Positions 17,885 to 26,803 of a stretch of 64,000 nt of DNA are shown here, piece by piece. Origin of the DNA: Patescibacteria group bacterium (GTDB taxonomy: Bacteria > Patescibacteriota > Patescibacteriia > UBA9570 > JAHJKD01); contig JBAZVM010000001.1 of the NCBI GenBank assembly GCA_041660885.1, positions 38,698 to 102,697 of the forward strand. Reading direction: 5' to 3'. Numbering within the stretch: the stretch's first letter is position 1; each line of letters starts with the position of its first letter. The notes under the pieces were generated by a model, which made no database searches, had not been told where the DNA came from, and saw only the letters and a program-made list of their open reading frames with translations. The translations under genes and the position numbers were made by a program.

Positions 17885-18461
17885 TCAAATTTTAATCCCT
17901 ACGGTTATAGAAAAAACCCAAATGGGAGAACGAGCGTACGATATCTATTCTCGCTTATTAAAAGATCGCATTATTTTCGTGGGCAGCGCCATTGACGAAC
18001 ACATTGCCAATGCCATTATCGCCCAGCTTTTGTTTTTGGATTCCGAAGACAGTAAGAAAGACATTAAATTGTATATCAATTCACCGGGAGGCATGGTAAC
18101 CGCGGGGCTGGCCATCTATGATACTATGCAATATGTAAAATGCGATGTGGCCACTATTTGCGTGGGCACGGCCGCTTCCATGGCCGCCACTTTGCTGGCT
18201 GCCGGAGAAAAAGGCAAGCGTTTTGCTTTGCCAAACAGCGAAGTAATGCTGCACCAAGTAATGGGCGGAGCCGAAGGCCAGGCTACGGATATTAAAATTC
18301 GCGCTGAGCATATCTTGAAAATAAAAGAACGATTAAATAAAATTCTAGCTAAGCATACTGGCCAATCTTTGGCTAAAATCGATAAAGACACGGATCGTGA
18401 TTTTTACCTAAACGCGGAAGAAGCCCTGAAATACGGCCTGGTGGACAAAATTATCAAATAA
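17865..18461 (+). CDS. clpP: ATP-dependent Clp protease proteolytic subunit
   Basis: [20 protein letters not shown], catalytic-Ser context GTAASMAA, and MLHQ (His). Confidence 0.9.
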   Translation: MDGKLSNQILIPTVIEKTQMGERAYDIYSRLLKDRIIFVGSAIDEHIANAIIAQLLFLDSEDSKKDIKLYINSPGGMVTAGLAIYDTMQYVKCDVATICVGTAASMAATLLAAGEKGKRFALPNSEVMLHQVMGGAEGQATDIKIRAEHILKIKERLNKILAKHTGQSLAKIDKDTDRDFYLNAEEALKYGLVDKIIK

Positions 18462-18646
18462 TGCTACACTATTTTTGCCTTAATAATTAATTACTTGGCA
18501 AAGTACACTAAAGTATTGCTTACCATAGATGTATTGAGGCGATTAATATGATTTTACGCTTTTATTCTTCTCGCAATATTAGAAAACAAAAAAACCAAAC
18601 TATCATTGGTTTGGTTTAATTTGCCAAGGATCAAGGAAATATTTTT

Positions 18647-20170
18647 ATGGACATTTTAGGACCGATTTTGCTTGTGGCAGGCCTTGGTTTGGGTTTGGGC
18701 GGCGGTTATTGGCTGCGCAAACAAATGGCCGCCAAAGAACAAAATTCCGCTGAAGCCAAAGCCGAGCGCTTGGTGAATGAAGCAAAAAAAGCGGAACAAG
18801 AAATAACTTTAAAAGCCAAAGATAAAGCTTTGGCTATCGTGGAAAAAGCGCAAAGAGATGAACAAGAAAGGCGCTTAGAATTAAAAACCCTGCAAAAAAG
18901 GCTGGAAAAAAGAGAAGGCTTATTCGACCAAAAATTACTGGATTTGGAAAATAAACAACAGCAACTTTTCGACAAAGCCCAGCAAGTAGACAAAGTAAAA
19001 AAAGAAATTCAAAACATTAAAGTAGAGCAAATTGCCAAATTGGAAAAAGTGGCTTCTTTAAGCAGAGAAGACGCAAAGAAAATTCTTCTAGAAAATGTGG
19101 AGCGTCAAATACAGGAAGATTTAATGTCTCGCATGCGCAAATTGGAGCAAACCGCCTCGGAAGAACTGGATAAAAAAGGCAAGCAAATGCTGACGACGGT
19201 TATTCAGCGCTGCGCTTCTTCGCACGCGGCAGAAAGCACCACTACTGTCGTTCAACTGCCATCCGATGAAATGAAAGGCAGAATTATCGGCAGAGAAGGA
19301 AGAAACATTAAAAGAATAGAAGAGCTTACTGGCGTGGAAATCATAGTAGACGACACTCCGGAAGCCATTATCGTTTCCGGATTTTCTCCCATTCGCAGGC
19401 ACTTGGCCAAAAGAGCGCTAGACTCGCTGATCGCGGACGGACGCATTCATCCTACCAAGATTGAAGAGGCCATTGAAAGAGCTAAAAAAGAATTGGCTTT
19501 GGATATTAAAAAAGCCGGCGAAGACGCCATGTATGAAACCGGCATGACCGGGCTTGATACCAAGCTGGTGCAAATTTTGGGCCGATTAAAATATAGAACT
19601 TCATACGGCCAAAACGTGCTGCGCCATTCCATTGAAGTTTCCGAATTAGCCGGCTTATTAGCCGAAGAATTAGACGGCAACGTGGCTATTGCCAAGAAAG
19701 CGGGCTTGCTGCACGACATCGGAAAAGCCGTGGACCACGAAGTGCAAGGCACTCACCCGGAAATCGGGCGCGACATTGCCAAGAAATTCAACCTCCCGCC
19801 GGAAATAATCGCTCCCATATTGGAACACCACGAAGACCATCCTTCCACCTTGGAAGCCGTGATCGTAAAAGTGGCTGATGCCATTTCCGGAGCCAGGCCC
19901 GGTGCGCGTAAAGATACTTACGAACACTATCTACAAAGACTAGAAGAATTAGAGAATGTCGCTTTATCCTTCCCCGGCATTGAAAAAGCTTATGCCATAC
20001 AAGCGGGCCGCGAAGTGCGCGTGTTCGTGAAAGCCGAAGCCGTGGACGATGTGCAAGCCAAGAACTTGGCCAAAGAAATCGCCAAAAAAGTGGAAGAAGA
20101 TTTGCGCTACCCCGGAGAAATCAAAGTTAACGTGGTGCGCGAAACCCGCGTAATCGAATACGCCAGATAA
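18647..20170 (+). CDS. rny: Ribonuclease Y
   Basis: N-terminal TM helix, long coiled coil, KH domain (GRIIGREGRNIKRIEELTGVEIIVDD) and HD domain (LLHDIGKAVDHE). Confidence 0.9.
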   Translation: MDILGPILLVAGLGLGLGGGYWLRKQMAAKEQNSAEAKAERLVNEAKKAEQEITLKAKDKALAIVEKAQRDEQERRLELKTLQKRLEKREGLFDQKLLDLENKQQQLFDKAQQVDKVKKEIQNIKVEQIAKLEKVASLSREDAKKILLENVERQIQEDLMSRMRKLEQTASEELDKKGKQMLTTVIQRCASSHAAESTTTVVQLPSDEMKGRIIGREGRNIKRIEELTGVEIIVDDTPEAIIVSGFSPIRRHLAKRALDSLIADGRIHPTKIEEAIERAKKELALDIKKAGEDAMYETGMTGLDTKLVQILGRLKYRTSYGQNVLRHSIEVSELAGLLAEELDGNVAIAKKAGLLHDIGKAVDHEVQGTHPEIGRDIAKKFNLPPEIIAPILEHHEDHPSTLEAVIVKVADAISGARPGARKDTYEHYLQRLEELENVALSFPGIEKAYAIQAGREVRVFVKAEAVDDVQAKNLAKEIAKKVEEDLRYPGEIKVNVVRETRVIEYAR

Positions 20171-20631
20171 TGTACCCGCAGACGCATTTATTATCGGGTA
20201 TTGTTATCGGGCTTGCGGCTAATCAATTGGGCTATTTAAACGTTCAAGAAACTTTGGCCGTACCCGCGCTTACCACTTTACTGGATGTAGACCATTATTT
20301 ATTTTACTCTTTCAAATATAAAACGCTTAACTTCCGCAAAACATGGGAAGCGGCTGTAAAGAATAAAGAAACGGGAGAGCGCACGGCCATTCACCATTGG
20401 CTGGGATTTCTTTGCTTCACTCTACTGATAATTTTTCTATTTTATTATTATCAGCCTTTCGGCATTATTTTGGCTTTGAGTTATTACACCCATATTCTGC
20501 TGGATTACTTGCCGATTTACGGCAAAAAGATAAAATTTAAAATATTCAATTTAAAATTTCAGCTGACCACGGAAGAGGTAGCGCTTGATTGCTTATTTTT
20601 ATTAAGCTGTGTTATATTATTAATAAGGTAA
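20170..20631 (+). CDS. Hypothetical polytopic membrane protein (possibly DUF457-like membrane-bound metal-dependent hydrolase)
   Basis: 153 aa with 3-4 hydrophobic helices and conserved-looking His/Asp (THLLSG, LLDVDHYL). ATGA-type overlap with the rny stop. Confidence 0.4.
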   Translation: MYPQTHLLSGIVIGLAANQLGYLNVQETLAVPALTTLLDVDHYLFYSFKYKTLNFRKTWEAAVKNKETGERTAIHHWLGFLCFTLLIIFLFYYYQPFGIILALSYYTHILLDYLPIYGKKIKFKIFNLKFQLTTEEVALDCLFLLSCVILLIR

Positions 20632-20632
20632 T

Positions 20633-20711
20633 CTGTTGGGAGCACTCCGCTAAGCGGGGTTGAGACGCATCCCTAGAACCCGATCTGGATAATACCAGCG
20701 TGGGGAAACAG
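20633..20711 (+). promoter_or_regulatory. TPP (THI-box) riboswitch aptamer
   Basis: ctgtt-gggagcactccgctaagcgggg-ttgaga-cgcatccctagaacccgatctggataataccagcgtgggga-aacag. Shows the CUGAGA-like bulge and the ACCYGAUCUGGAUAAUACCAGCG pyrimidine-sensor helix, closed by P1 ctgtt/aacag. Upstream of a thiamine ABC operon. Confidence 0.85.
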
Positions 20712-20727
20712 CAAACTTTTTAAAAGG

Positions 20728-20752
20728 CTGTTTCTTCGCGAAACAGTTTTTT
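20728..20752 (+). terminator. Riboswitch expression-platform terminator
   Basis: ctgtttc-ttcgc-gaaacag followed by T6. The 5' arm ctgtttc can alternatively pair with gaaacag at 20705-20711 (the P1 3' strand), which gives a classic terminator/antiterminator switch. Confidence 0.75.
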
Positions 20753-20771
20753 AAATATTAAAAATAAGTAA

Positions 20772-20791
20772 GGAACGCACATGTGCGTTCC
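20772..20791. promoter_or_regulatory. Perfect 20-bp palindrome GGAACGCACATGTGCGTTCC centred on the ORF start codon (copy 1)
   Basis: Self-complementary over all 20 nt. It sits inside a 34-nt block (20767-20800) identical to 24734-24767. AAGGA lies 6 nt upstream of the central ATG (20781). Confidence 0.7.
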
Positions 20792-21839
20792 CAACAAAAA
20801 CTATGAAAAAAATCTTTTACTCCTGTTGGTACCATTACTTTTAACAGGATGCCAAACTAAGCAGACGACAGAAGAAACAATTAACAATAAAATTACTGTT
20901 TACGCCTACGACAGCTTAACCGCCGAATGGGGATTGCTACCGGCTATTTTAGAAGATTTTAAAACGCAATATAACGCCGAAGTGGATGTGGTTTCCTTTG
21001 CCGATAACGGCACCATGTTAAGCCAGCTTATTTTAGAAAAAGACAACCCCAAAGCGGACGTGGTTATAGGCTTAGATAACGTAAATTTTTCCAAAGTAAA
21101 AGAAAATGAGCTACTGGCTACTTATCAATCCCAAGCAGCGGATGAAATACCGCTAGATTTATGGTTTGATGATAATTATACGATGACGCCGTTTGATTAC
21201 GGTTACGCGGGATTTGTTTATGATTCGGAAAAAATAAATTTTACCGAACCGATCAGTTTAATGGATTTAACTAAAGAAGAATACAAAGATAAAATCATTA
21301 TAGAACAAGCCGGGCTTTCATCACCGGGTACGCAATTAATGCTCTGGACCAAAGCCGCCCTTTCCGAAGATGATTATAATAAATTCTGGGAAGGCATGGC
21401 GGAGAATGTATTAACCGTGGCCCCGGATTGGAGCACGGCCTATTACACTTTATTTACTGAGGGCGAAGCGCCTATAGTTCTAAGCTATTTAACCAGCCCG
21501 GCTTACCATATTGATCAAGAACAAGTAACAAAATATAAAGCCATACCAATTAAGGAAGGGTACATCCGCCAAGTGGAGGGAGTGGGCATTGTGAACGGCG
21601 CCAGCAATACGGAATATGCGCAAAAATTCGTGGACTTTATGCTAAGCGATGAAGCGCAAACCGCGGTATTCACCACCCAATGGATGTTTCCGGTTCTTGG
21701 CCATAATACTACTTGGCCGGATGCTTATCAGCAAATTATAATACCAAAAGAAGAAGAAATTTTAATCATTTCCAAGGAAGATTTGGCTAATAAACTGGAA
21801 GACTGGACTAACGAATGGAAAGCATTCTTCAAAATATAA
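20781..21839 (+). CDS. thiB: Thiamine ABC transporter substrate-binding lipoprotein (ThiB/TbpA-like)
   Basis: Lipobox LLLTGC. ITVYAYDSLTAEWGLLPAILEDFKTQYNAEVDVVSFADNGTMLSQLILEKDNPKADVVIGLDN parallels E. coli ThiB. Preceded by the TPP riboswitch. The ATG at 20803 is out of frame, so 20781 is the only in-frame start before the lipobox. Confidence 0.75.
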   Translation: MCVPNKNYEKNLLLLLVPLLLTGCQTKQTTEETINNKITVYAYDSLTAEWGLLPAILEDFKTQYNAEVDVVSFADNGTMLSQLILEKDNPKADVVIGLDNVNFSKVKENELLATYQSQAADEIPLDLWFDDNYTMTPFDYGYAGFVYDSEKINFTEPISLMDLTKEEYKDKIIIEQAGLSSPGTQLMLWTKAALSEDDYNKFWEGMAENVLTVAPDWSTAYYTLFTEGEAPIVLSYLTSPAYHIDQEQVTKYKAIPIKEGYIRQVEGVGIVNGASNTEYAQKFVDFMLSDEAQTAVFTTQWMFPVLGHNTTWPDAYQQIIIPKEEEILIISKEDLANKLEDWTNEWKAFFKI

Positions 21840-23233
21840 ATTGGCAAGCTGTCTTAGATAAAACTTGGTTTAGTTTTTGGCAAAGTTTGCTAACTGTTTA
21901 TATTTCTCTGCTCCTGGGCGGGGGATTGGCCGTGCTGGAATATTTTTTAAAAAGCCGGCCATCAAAAATATTCTTATTCTTATGCAGTCTGCCTATTTTC
22001 CTGCCCGGGTTGGTGGTGGCTACGGGTTTTATGGCTATCTGGGGCAACGCCGGATATGTGAATGAGTTGCTTTCATTATTTGATATCTCACCCATAAAAT
22101 TTCTTTATTCCCCATTCGGCATTATCGCAGGCCACTGCTTTTATAATATTCCTTTGGCTTATTTGGCCCTAGCCACCAGGTTAACTTTAGCCGATAGAAA
22201 ACAGGAAGAAGCCGGACAAATAGCCGGTGGCTCTTCTTGGCAAGTTTTTTTCTTAATTACTTGGCCGCGCCTGAAAAACACGGCCATTGGCATTGGTTTA
22301 TTGATTTTTCTTTACTGTTTTACGAGCTTTAACTTACCATTGATTCTCGGCGGAATTAAATACCAAACTTTGGAAGTGTATATTTATTCTTTAGCCGTAG
22401 AACAATATAATTTCTTTGCCTCGGTTGCTTTAGGTATTTTTCAGTTTATTTTTTTATTGATTATTGTTTTTATTTTTTTAAAATTCTTGCGTACGGTCTC
22501 GGAAAAAAACGTACAAAGCAATGCCCCGTATCAAGTTTCTTTCCAATGGTCATTATTTATTTTGCGCTTTTTACTGGCCGTGTTTCTTGTCGCGCCTCTG
22601 CTGGCTCTACTGGCAAAAGGCGTCAACATGGATATTATCCGTATCTGGCGCACAGATTTTACCATGGCTCTTCTGCGCACTTACAGCCTTATATTTATTT
22701 CTATTTTTATAAGTTTATTCTTTAATGGTTTTATTCTTTATAAAATAAAAAACGCGGGAAAATGGCTGGTTCTTTTCCTGGCCATATCACCGGCAGTTGT
22801 AGGAATTGCCTTGCTTCTGATATTCGGCAAATCTTTATTGGTATTGGTGGCGGCCTATACCGTGCTTATGCTCCCGCTTAGTTATTTCTTGCTTTCCTCT
22901 CTCTGGCAAAGCCGGCCGAAATATTTCTTGGAAACCTTGGCTATACTCGGGGCTAACAAAACACAAAAAGCTATGGTCATCGCCGGATACTTAAGGCCCG
23001 CCATACTGAAAGTGATTGCTTTATCTTTTGCTTTTACTCTGGGGGATGTGGCTCTTTCCAGTTTGCTTACTCCTTTTTTACAACCCACGGCCATGAGTTA
23101 TAGCTACCAGCTTTTAGGCTCTTACCGCTTTGGTTTAGCCAGCAGCGCGTTGTGCGTTATTTTGCTTAATATTATTTTAATGATAATAATAATTTACAAT
23201 TATGATTTTAGAAGCAAAAGATCTCACGGTTAA
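21815..23233 (+). CDS. thiP: Thiamine/iron-type ABC transporter permease (two fused permease domains)
   Basis: 472 aa with about 12 hydrophobic segments and a duplicated permease architecture. Overlaps thiB and the ATPase gene. Confidence 0.7.
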   Translation: MESILQNINWQAVLDKTWFSFWQSLLTVYISLLLGGGLAVLEYFLKSRPSKIFLFLCSLPIFLPGLVVATGFMAIWGNAGYVNELLSLFDISPIKFLYSPFGIIAGHCFYNIPLAYLALATRLTLADRKQEEAGQIAGGSSWQVFFLITWPRLKNTAIGIGLLIFLYCFTSFNLPLILGGIKYQTLEVYIYSLAVEQYNFFASVALGIFQFIFLLIIVFIFLKFLRTVSEKNVQSNAPYQVSFQWSLFILRFLLAVFLVAPLLALLAKGVNMDIIRIWRTDFTMALLRTYSLIFISIFISLFFNGFILYKIKNAGKWLVLFLAISPAVVGIALLLIFGKSLLVLVAAYTVLMLPLSYFLLSSLWQSRPKYFLETLAILGANKTQKAMVIAGYLRPAILKVIALSFAFTLGDVALSSLLTPFLQPTAMSYSYQLLGSYRFGLASSALCVILLNIILMIIIIYNYDFRSKRSHG

Positions 23234-23909
23234 AATTAGTAATAAAAAAATTCTCAGCCAAGTATATTTTCAAACCGAAAATAACGAGACTTTGGGTATT
23301 GTGGGCCCTTCCGGCTCCGGCAAGACCACTCTGCTGCGCTGCATAGCCGGGCTTAATAAATATGAAGGAGATATTATTTTTGATGCACAAATAATCAACA
23401 CTGTTCTTCCGGAGAAAAGAAATATCGGCTTGGTTACGCAAGAGCTTTCTTTGTTCCCGCACCTGACTATTTACGAAAATATTGTTTATCCTTTAAAAGT
23501 AAGAAAAAAATCAAAACAAGAAATAAAAAAATCAGCAGACGAGTATCTGGAAAAATTTTATCTTCGTTCTATTAAAGATTCTCTGCCCCAAGAGGCCAGC
23601 GGCGGGGAACAGCAACGCGCGGCTTTAGCCAGAGCTTTGATTTATAAGCCAAAAATGCTCTTATTGGATGAGCCTTTTTCTCAGCTTGATACAATTTTAA
23701 GATATGAGCTGCTAAATTGGTTAAAAAACATATTAAAGCAAGAAAAAATACTCACTCTATTTGTGACCCATGATATTAAAGAAGCTTCATTTATTTCCCA
23801 GCGCTTGTTGGTGCTGGATCAAGGCCAAAAATTAGCTATGGGTACTATGGCCGAGCTTAAACAAAACGGGCATCCTGTTATTCAAAGCCTGCTTACAAAA
23901 ACTCTGTAG
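23202..23909 (+). CDS. thiQ: ABC transporter ATP-binding protein
   Basis: Walker A GPSGSGKTT, signature SGGEQQR, Walker B LLLLDEP, H-loop VTHD. Confidence 0.8.
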   Translation: MILEAKDLTVKISNKKILSQVYFQTENNETLGIVGPSGSGKTTLLRCIAGLNKYEGDIIFDAQIINTVLPEKRNIGLVTQELSLFPHLTIYENIVYPLKVRKKSKQEIKKSADEYLEKFYLRSIKDSLPQEASGGEQQRAALARALIYKPKMLLLDEPFSQLDTILRYELLNWLKNILKQEKILTLFVTHDIKEASFISQRLLVLDQGQKLAMGTMAELKQNGHPVIQSLLTKTL

Positions 23910-23929
23910 CTTTGTTATAATAGCTTCAT

Positions 23930-24724
23930 ATGAAAATATTATTCTTTGGAGACATCGTAGGCAAAATCGGGCGCAGTGCCATAAAGAAAAAGATTAACGA
24001 GATTAAAAAGACATATAAACCGGATTTGATTCTAGCCAATGGCGAGAATCTGGCGCACGGCACGGGCTTTACCAAAAAAACCGTTTTAGAGATGCAGCAA
24101 GCGGGCATTGATTGCTTAACCATGGGCAACCATGTGTGGGACAATAAGCAAGGAGTAAAGGATTTAAAAACCACGAACATGCCCATTATTCTGCCCGCGA
24201 ATATGGAACAAGAAGCGCCTGGCAAAATCTGGCAGACTTTTAAAATAAAAAAATTAAAAATTGCGGTGTTTAATTTGCTTGGTGAGGTTTTTATAAATAA
24301 AGAAACTACTTCTCTTTTTAAAACCGCCGACGCAGTGCTAGAAGAATTAAATAAAGAAGAGCCAGACGTGATAATAGTAGACCTCCACGCGGAAACCACC
24401 AGCGAAAAACAAGCGCTTTGGTATTATTTGGATGGCCGCGTTAACGCTGTGGTGGGCACGCACACGCATGTGGCTACGGCCAACCCTCGCGTTTCTAAAA
24501 AAGGAACGGCTTTAGTGGAAGATGTCGGTTTCGTTGGCGCGGAAGACGCGGTGCTGGGCGCCAGAAAAGAAAATATTCTGCGCCGATTTTTAAATAACGA
24601 AAAACTTTCCATTGATCCTCCAGAAAAAGGAAAAGCCATTATCAACGCGGTGCTGATTACGGTAGACGACAAAACCAAAAAAACCAAAACTATAAAAAGA
24701 ATTGATTTAAGCGTATCCATATAA
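23930..24724 (+). CDS. ymdB: YmdB-type (TIGR00282-family) metallophosphoesterase
   Basis: MKILFFGDIVGKIGRSAIKK...ANGENLAHGTGFT...MGNHVWD...DLHAETTSEK...GTHTHV parallels B. subtilis YmdB. Confidence 0.85.
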   Translation: MKILFFGDIVGKIGRSAIKKKINEIKKTYKPDLILANGENLAHGTGFTKKTVLEMQQAGIDCLTMGNHVWDNKQGVKDLKTTNMPIILPANMEQEAPGKIWQTFKIKKLKIAVFNLLGEVFINKETTSLFKTADAVLEELNKEEPDVIIVDLHAETTSEKQALWYYLDGRVNAVVGTHTHVATANPRVSKKGTALVEDVGFVGAEDAVLGARKENILRRFLNNEKLSIDPPEKGKAIINAVLITVDDKTKKTKTIKRIDLSVSI

Positions 24725-24738
24725 TATAATCTTAGTAA

Positions 24739-24758
24739 GGAACGCACATGTGCGTTCC
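24739..24758. promoter_or_regulatory. Perfect 20-bp palindrome GGAACGCACATGTGCGTTCC (copy 2)
   Basis: Identical to 20772-20791, inside the identical 34-nt block 24734-24767, at the 5' end of the HU gene. Confidence 0.7.
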
Positions 24759-25050
24759 CAACAAAAAATATATGAACCAAGCCACATTATTAGAAACCCT
24801 ATTTCAAAAAACAAACATTCCCAAGCCGGATATCGAGAAGGTGCTAAACGAATTTCAAGCCACGATTATCGCGGCTTTAAAATCCGGGCAAGAAGTTTCC
24901 CTTACGGGTTTTGGCACCTTCTTAGCCAAAAAAAGAAGCGCCCGCTTGGGCGTTAACCCCCGCAACCCGCAAGAGCGCATCCAGATTCCCGAAGTTTTGG
25001 TGCCCAAATTCAAAGCGGGAAAAAATTTGAAGATGAGTTTGAAAGTTTAA
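24748..25050 (+). CDS. hup: HU family nucleoid-associated DNA-binding protein
   Basis: GFGTFLAKKRSARLGVNPRNPQERIQIPEVLVPKFKAGKNLK is the HU/IHF arm. The canonical N-terminus MNQATLLETL starts at the second in-frame ATG (24772). The first ATG (24748) is the centre of the palindrome. Confidence 0.9.
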   Translation: MCVPNKKYMNQATLLETLFQKTNIPKPDIEKVLNEFQATIIAALKSGQEVSLTGFGTFLAKKRSARLGVNPRNPQERIQIPEVLVPKFKAGKNLKMSLKV

Positions 25051-25072
25051 ATAAATATTCAATTATACAATT

Positions 25073-25720
25073 ATGGCGAACACAAAATTAGAAAATATAC
25101 AATTGGGGGATCATCTTTGTTCTATTTATAAGAATAAAGAGGAACAATTCTCCACGATAATTCCTTTTTTCAAAACGGGATTAAAAAATAATCAGAAATG
25201 CATATATATCGCAGATGAAAATTCGGCCGATGAAGTTATTTCCCAATTGGAAAAAGGCGGCATTGATATTAAAAAATATATCGCCTCAAAACAATTTTTA
25301 ATATTAAGTAAAAGAGAGACTTATTTAAAAGAAGGGTCTTTTGATCCGGATAGAATGATCGATCTTTTAAAGGAAACGGAAAAAGGCGCCTTGAAAGAAG
25401 GCTATTCCGGCCTAAGAGTTACCGGAGAAATGACATGGGTACTGGAGCAGGTAAAGGGCAGTGAAAGATTAATAGAATATGAAGCCAAGCTAAATGACTT
25501 TTTTCCCGATAGCAAAGCTACGGCTATTTGCCAATATAATGAAAATAAATTTGAACCGGAACTTTTAGCGGAAGTTATCCATACCCATCCCTTTGTTATA
25601 ATTTATGGCAACTCTTACGAAAATGAATATTATTCTCCGGCAGAATACATAAACGGAGCGCATAACGTATTTCCGAATGATTCTTATAAGACTATAAAAG
25701 AGGACATTATAAACGGATAA
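25073..25720 (+). CDS. MEDS-domain protein (stand-alone)
   Basis: 215 aa. GDHLCSIYKNKEEQFSTIIPFFKTGLKNNQKCIYIADE ... GLRVTGEMTW ... AICQY resembles the MEDS (DcmR-type sensory) domain. Confidence 0.55.
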   Translation: MANTKLENIQLGDHLCSIYKNKEEQFSTIIPFFKTGLKNNQKCIYIADENSADEVISQLEKGGIDIKKYIASKQFLILSKRETYLKEGSFDPDRMIDLLKETEKGALKEGYSGLRVTGEMTWVLEQVKGSERLIEYEAKLNDFFPDSKATAICQYNENKFEPELLAEVIHTHPFVIIYGNSYENEYYSPAEYINGAHNVFPNDSYKTIKEDIING

Positions 25721-25754
25721 GGTACTTTTTGAAATGAGATTCAAATAAAACTTT

Positions 25755-26297
25755 ATGCCCACCATCCTCATCCTCCCCGGCTGGCAAGATTCAAGCCCAC
25801 AACATTGGCAAAGCCTTTGGCTGAAAAAATACCCAAATGCTATTAAGGTGGTACAAAAAAATTGGATGCATCCCAATAAACAAGACTGGGTAAATACTCT
25901 TAACGATTATATTGAAAAATATAAAAAGAATGACATTGTTTTAGTGGGGCACAGCTTGGCCTGCGCCACTTTTGCGTATTGGTCTAATGAGTTTGCTTCT
26001 AAAACATCCGCGAAAATAATAGGCGCATTGATGGTGAGCCCAAGCGATATGGACGCGCCGAATTTTCCCAAAGAAATTACAGGCTTTGCGCCTATGCCAT
26101 TAAAGCCGCTTGAATTTAAGGCAATAGTTGTGGTAAGTTCCAATGATCCCTGGGTAGGCTTGGAAAGAGCAGAATATTTTGCGAAATGCTGGCAAGCTGA
26201 ATTGGTAAATATCGGGGCGTATGGGCACATTAATGCCGATGCAGGATACGGCGAATGGCCAAAAGGGGAAGAATTATTAAAGTGCTATTCTAAATAA
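25755..26297 (+). CDS. YdeN/RBBP9-type serine hydrolase (alpha/beta fold)
   Basis: ILILPGWQDSSPQHWQSLW, nucleophile elbow VLVGHSLAC, late D and H (SNDPWV, GHIN). Parallels B. subtilis YdeN. Confidence 0.65.
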   Translation: MPTILILPGWQDSSPQHWQSLWLKKYPNAIKVVQKNWMHPNKQDWVNTLNDYIEKYKKNDIVLVGHSLACATFAYWSNEFASKTSAKIIGALMVSPSDMDAPNFPKEITGFAPMPLKPLEFKAIVVVSSNDPWVGLERAEYFAKCWQAELVNIGAYGHINADAGYGEWPKGEELLKCYSK

Positions 26298-26314
26298 TAA
26301 TTAATATAAACTAT

Positions 26315-26785
26315 ATGGGTATTGAAAACAGAATGAATCGTGCAATATTAAAACATCCAGATGCCGAGAGCTCAGATGTCAATAACGAAACAACGGGTCC
26401 AGAATCCACTGAACCTGTTGGATTATCAATGGATGTCAGCGACCTAGAAAATCAATCAAACGCAAAACCTCTTACAGAAAATAGCAGCCCTACTGAAAAA
26501 GCCCCATTGATCAATTGGAACACAGAACCGATCAAACAGGGGGATGGCGGTCCTATGTTGTCTCGTGAAAGTTTAATCGTATATTACCAAATGAGAGGTG
26601 GGGATGGGCGTAGTAATTTTAAAATCTCAATGGAGACGCGCGGAAAATCGCCAGACGAAGAATATGTGCCAATAAAATTAGCAATGGAAATACTGAATGC
26701 TAATCCATATGAAGATAAACCTGAATGGTTTATGGAAAGAATTGTTAATGCATGGGAAGAACAAAAAAGAAGTGCTGGGTATTAA
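26315..26785 (+). CDS. Hypothetical protein
   Basis: 156-aa ORF. The N-terminal half is acidic, Ser/Thr/Asn-rich and looks disordered. No motif recognised. Confidence 0.4.
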   Translation: MGIENRMNRAILKHPDAESSDVNNETTGPESTEPVGLSMDVSDLENQSNAKPLTENSSPTEKAPLINWNTEPIKQGDGGPMLSRESLIVYYQMRGGDGRSNFKISMETRGKSPDEEYVPIKLAMEILNANPYEDKPEWFMERIVNAWEEQKRSAGY

Positions 26786-26803
26786 AAGCTGTATAGAAAT
26801 TCA

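Noticed and set aside
18548-18619. 23-codon ORF (MILRFYSSRNIRKQKNQTIIGLV) and hairpin aaccaaa...tttggtt between clpP and rny
   Set aside because: Too short and unremarkable to call. The hairpin lacks a proper U-tract. It could be a weak clpP terminator, but I cannot support a feature.
20803-20844. ATG at 20803 (ctATGaaaaaa), which looks like a neater start for the ThiB-like gene
   Set aside because: It is out of frame with the long ORF (offset of 22 nt) and reads into a stop after 13 codons. The lipobox-containing frame can only start at 20781.
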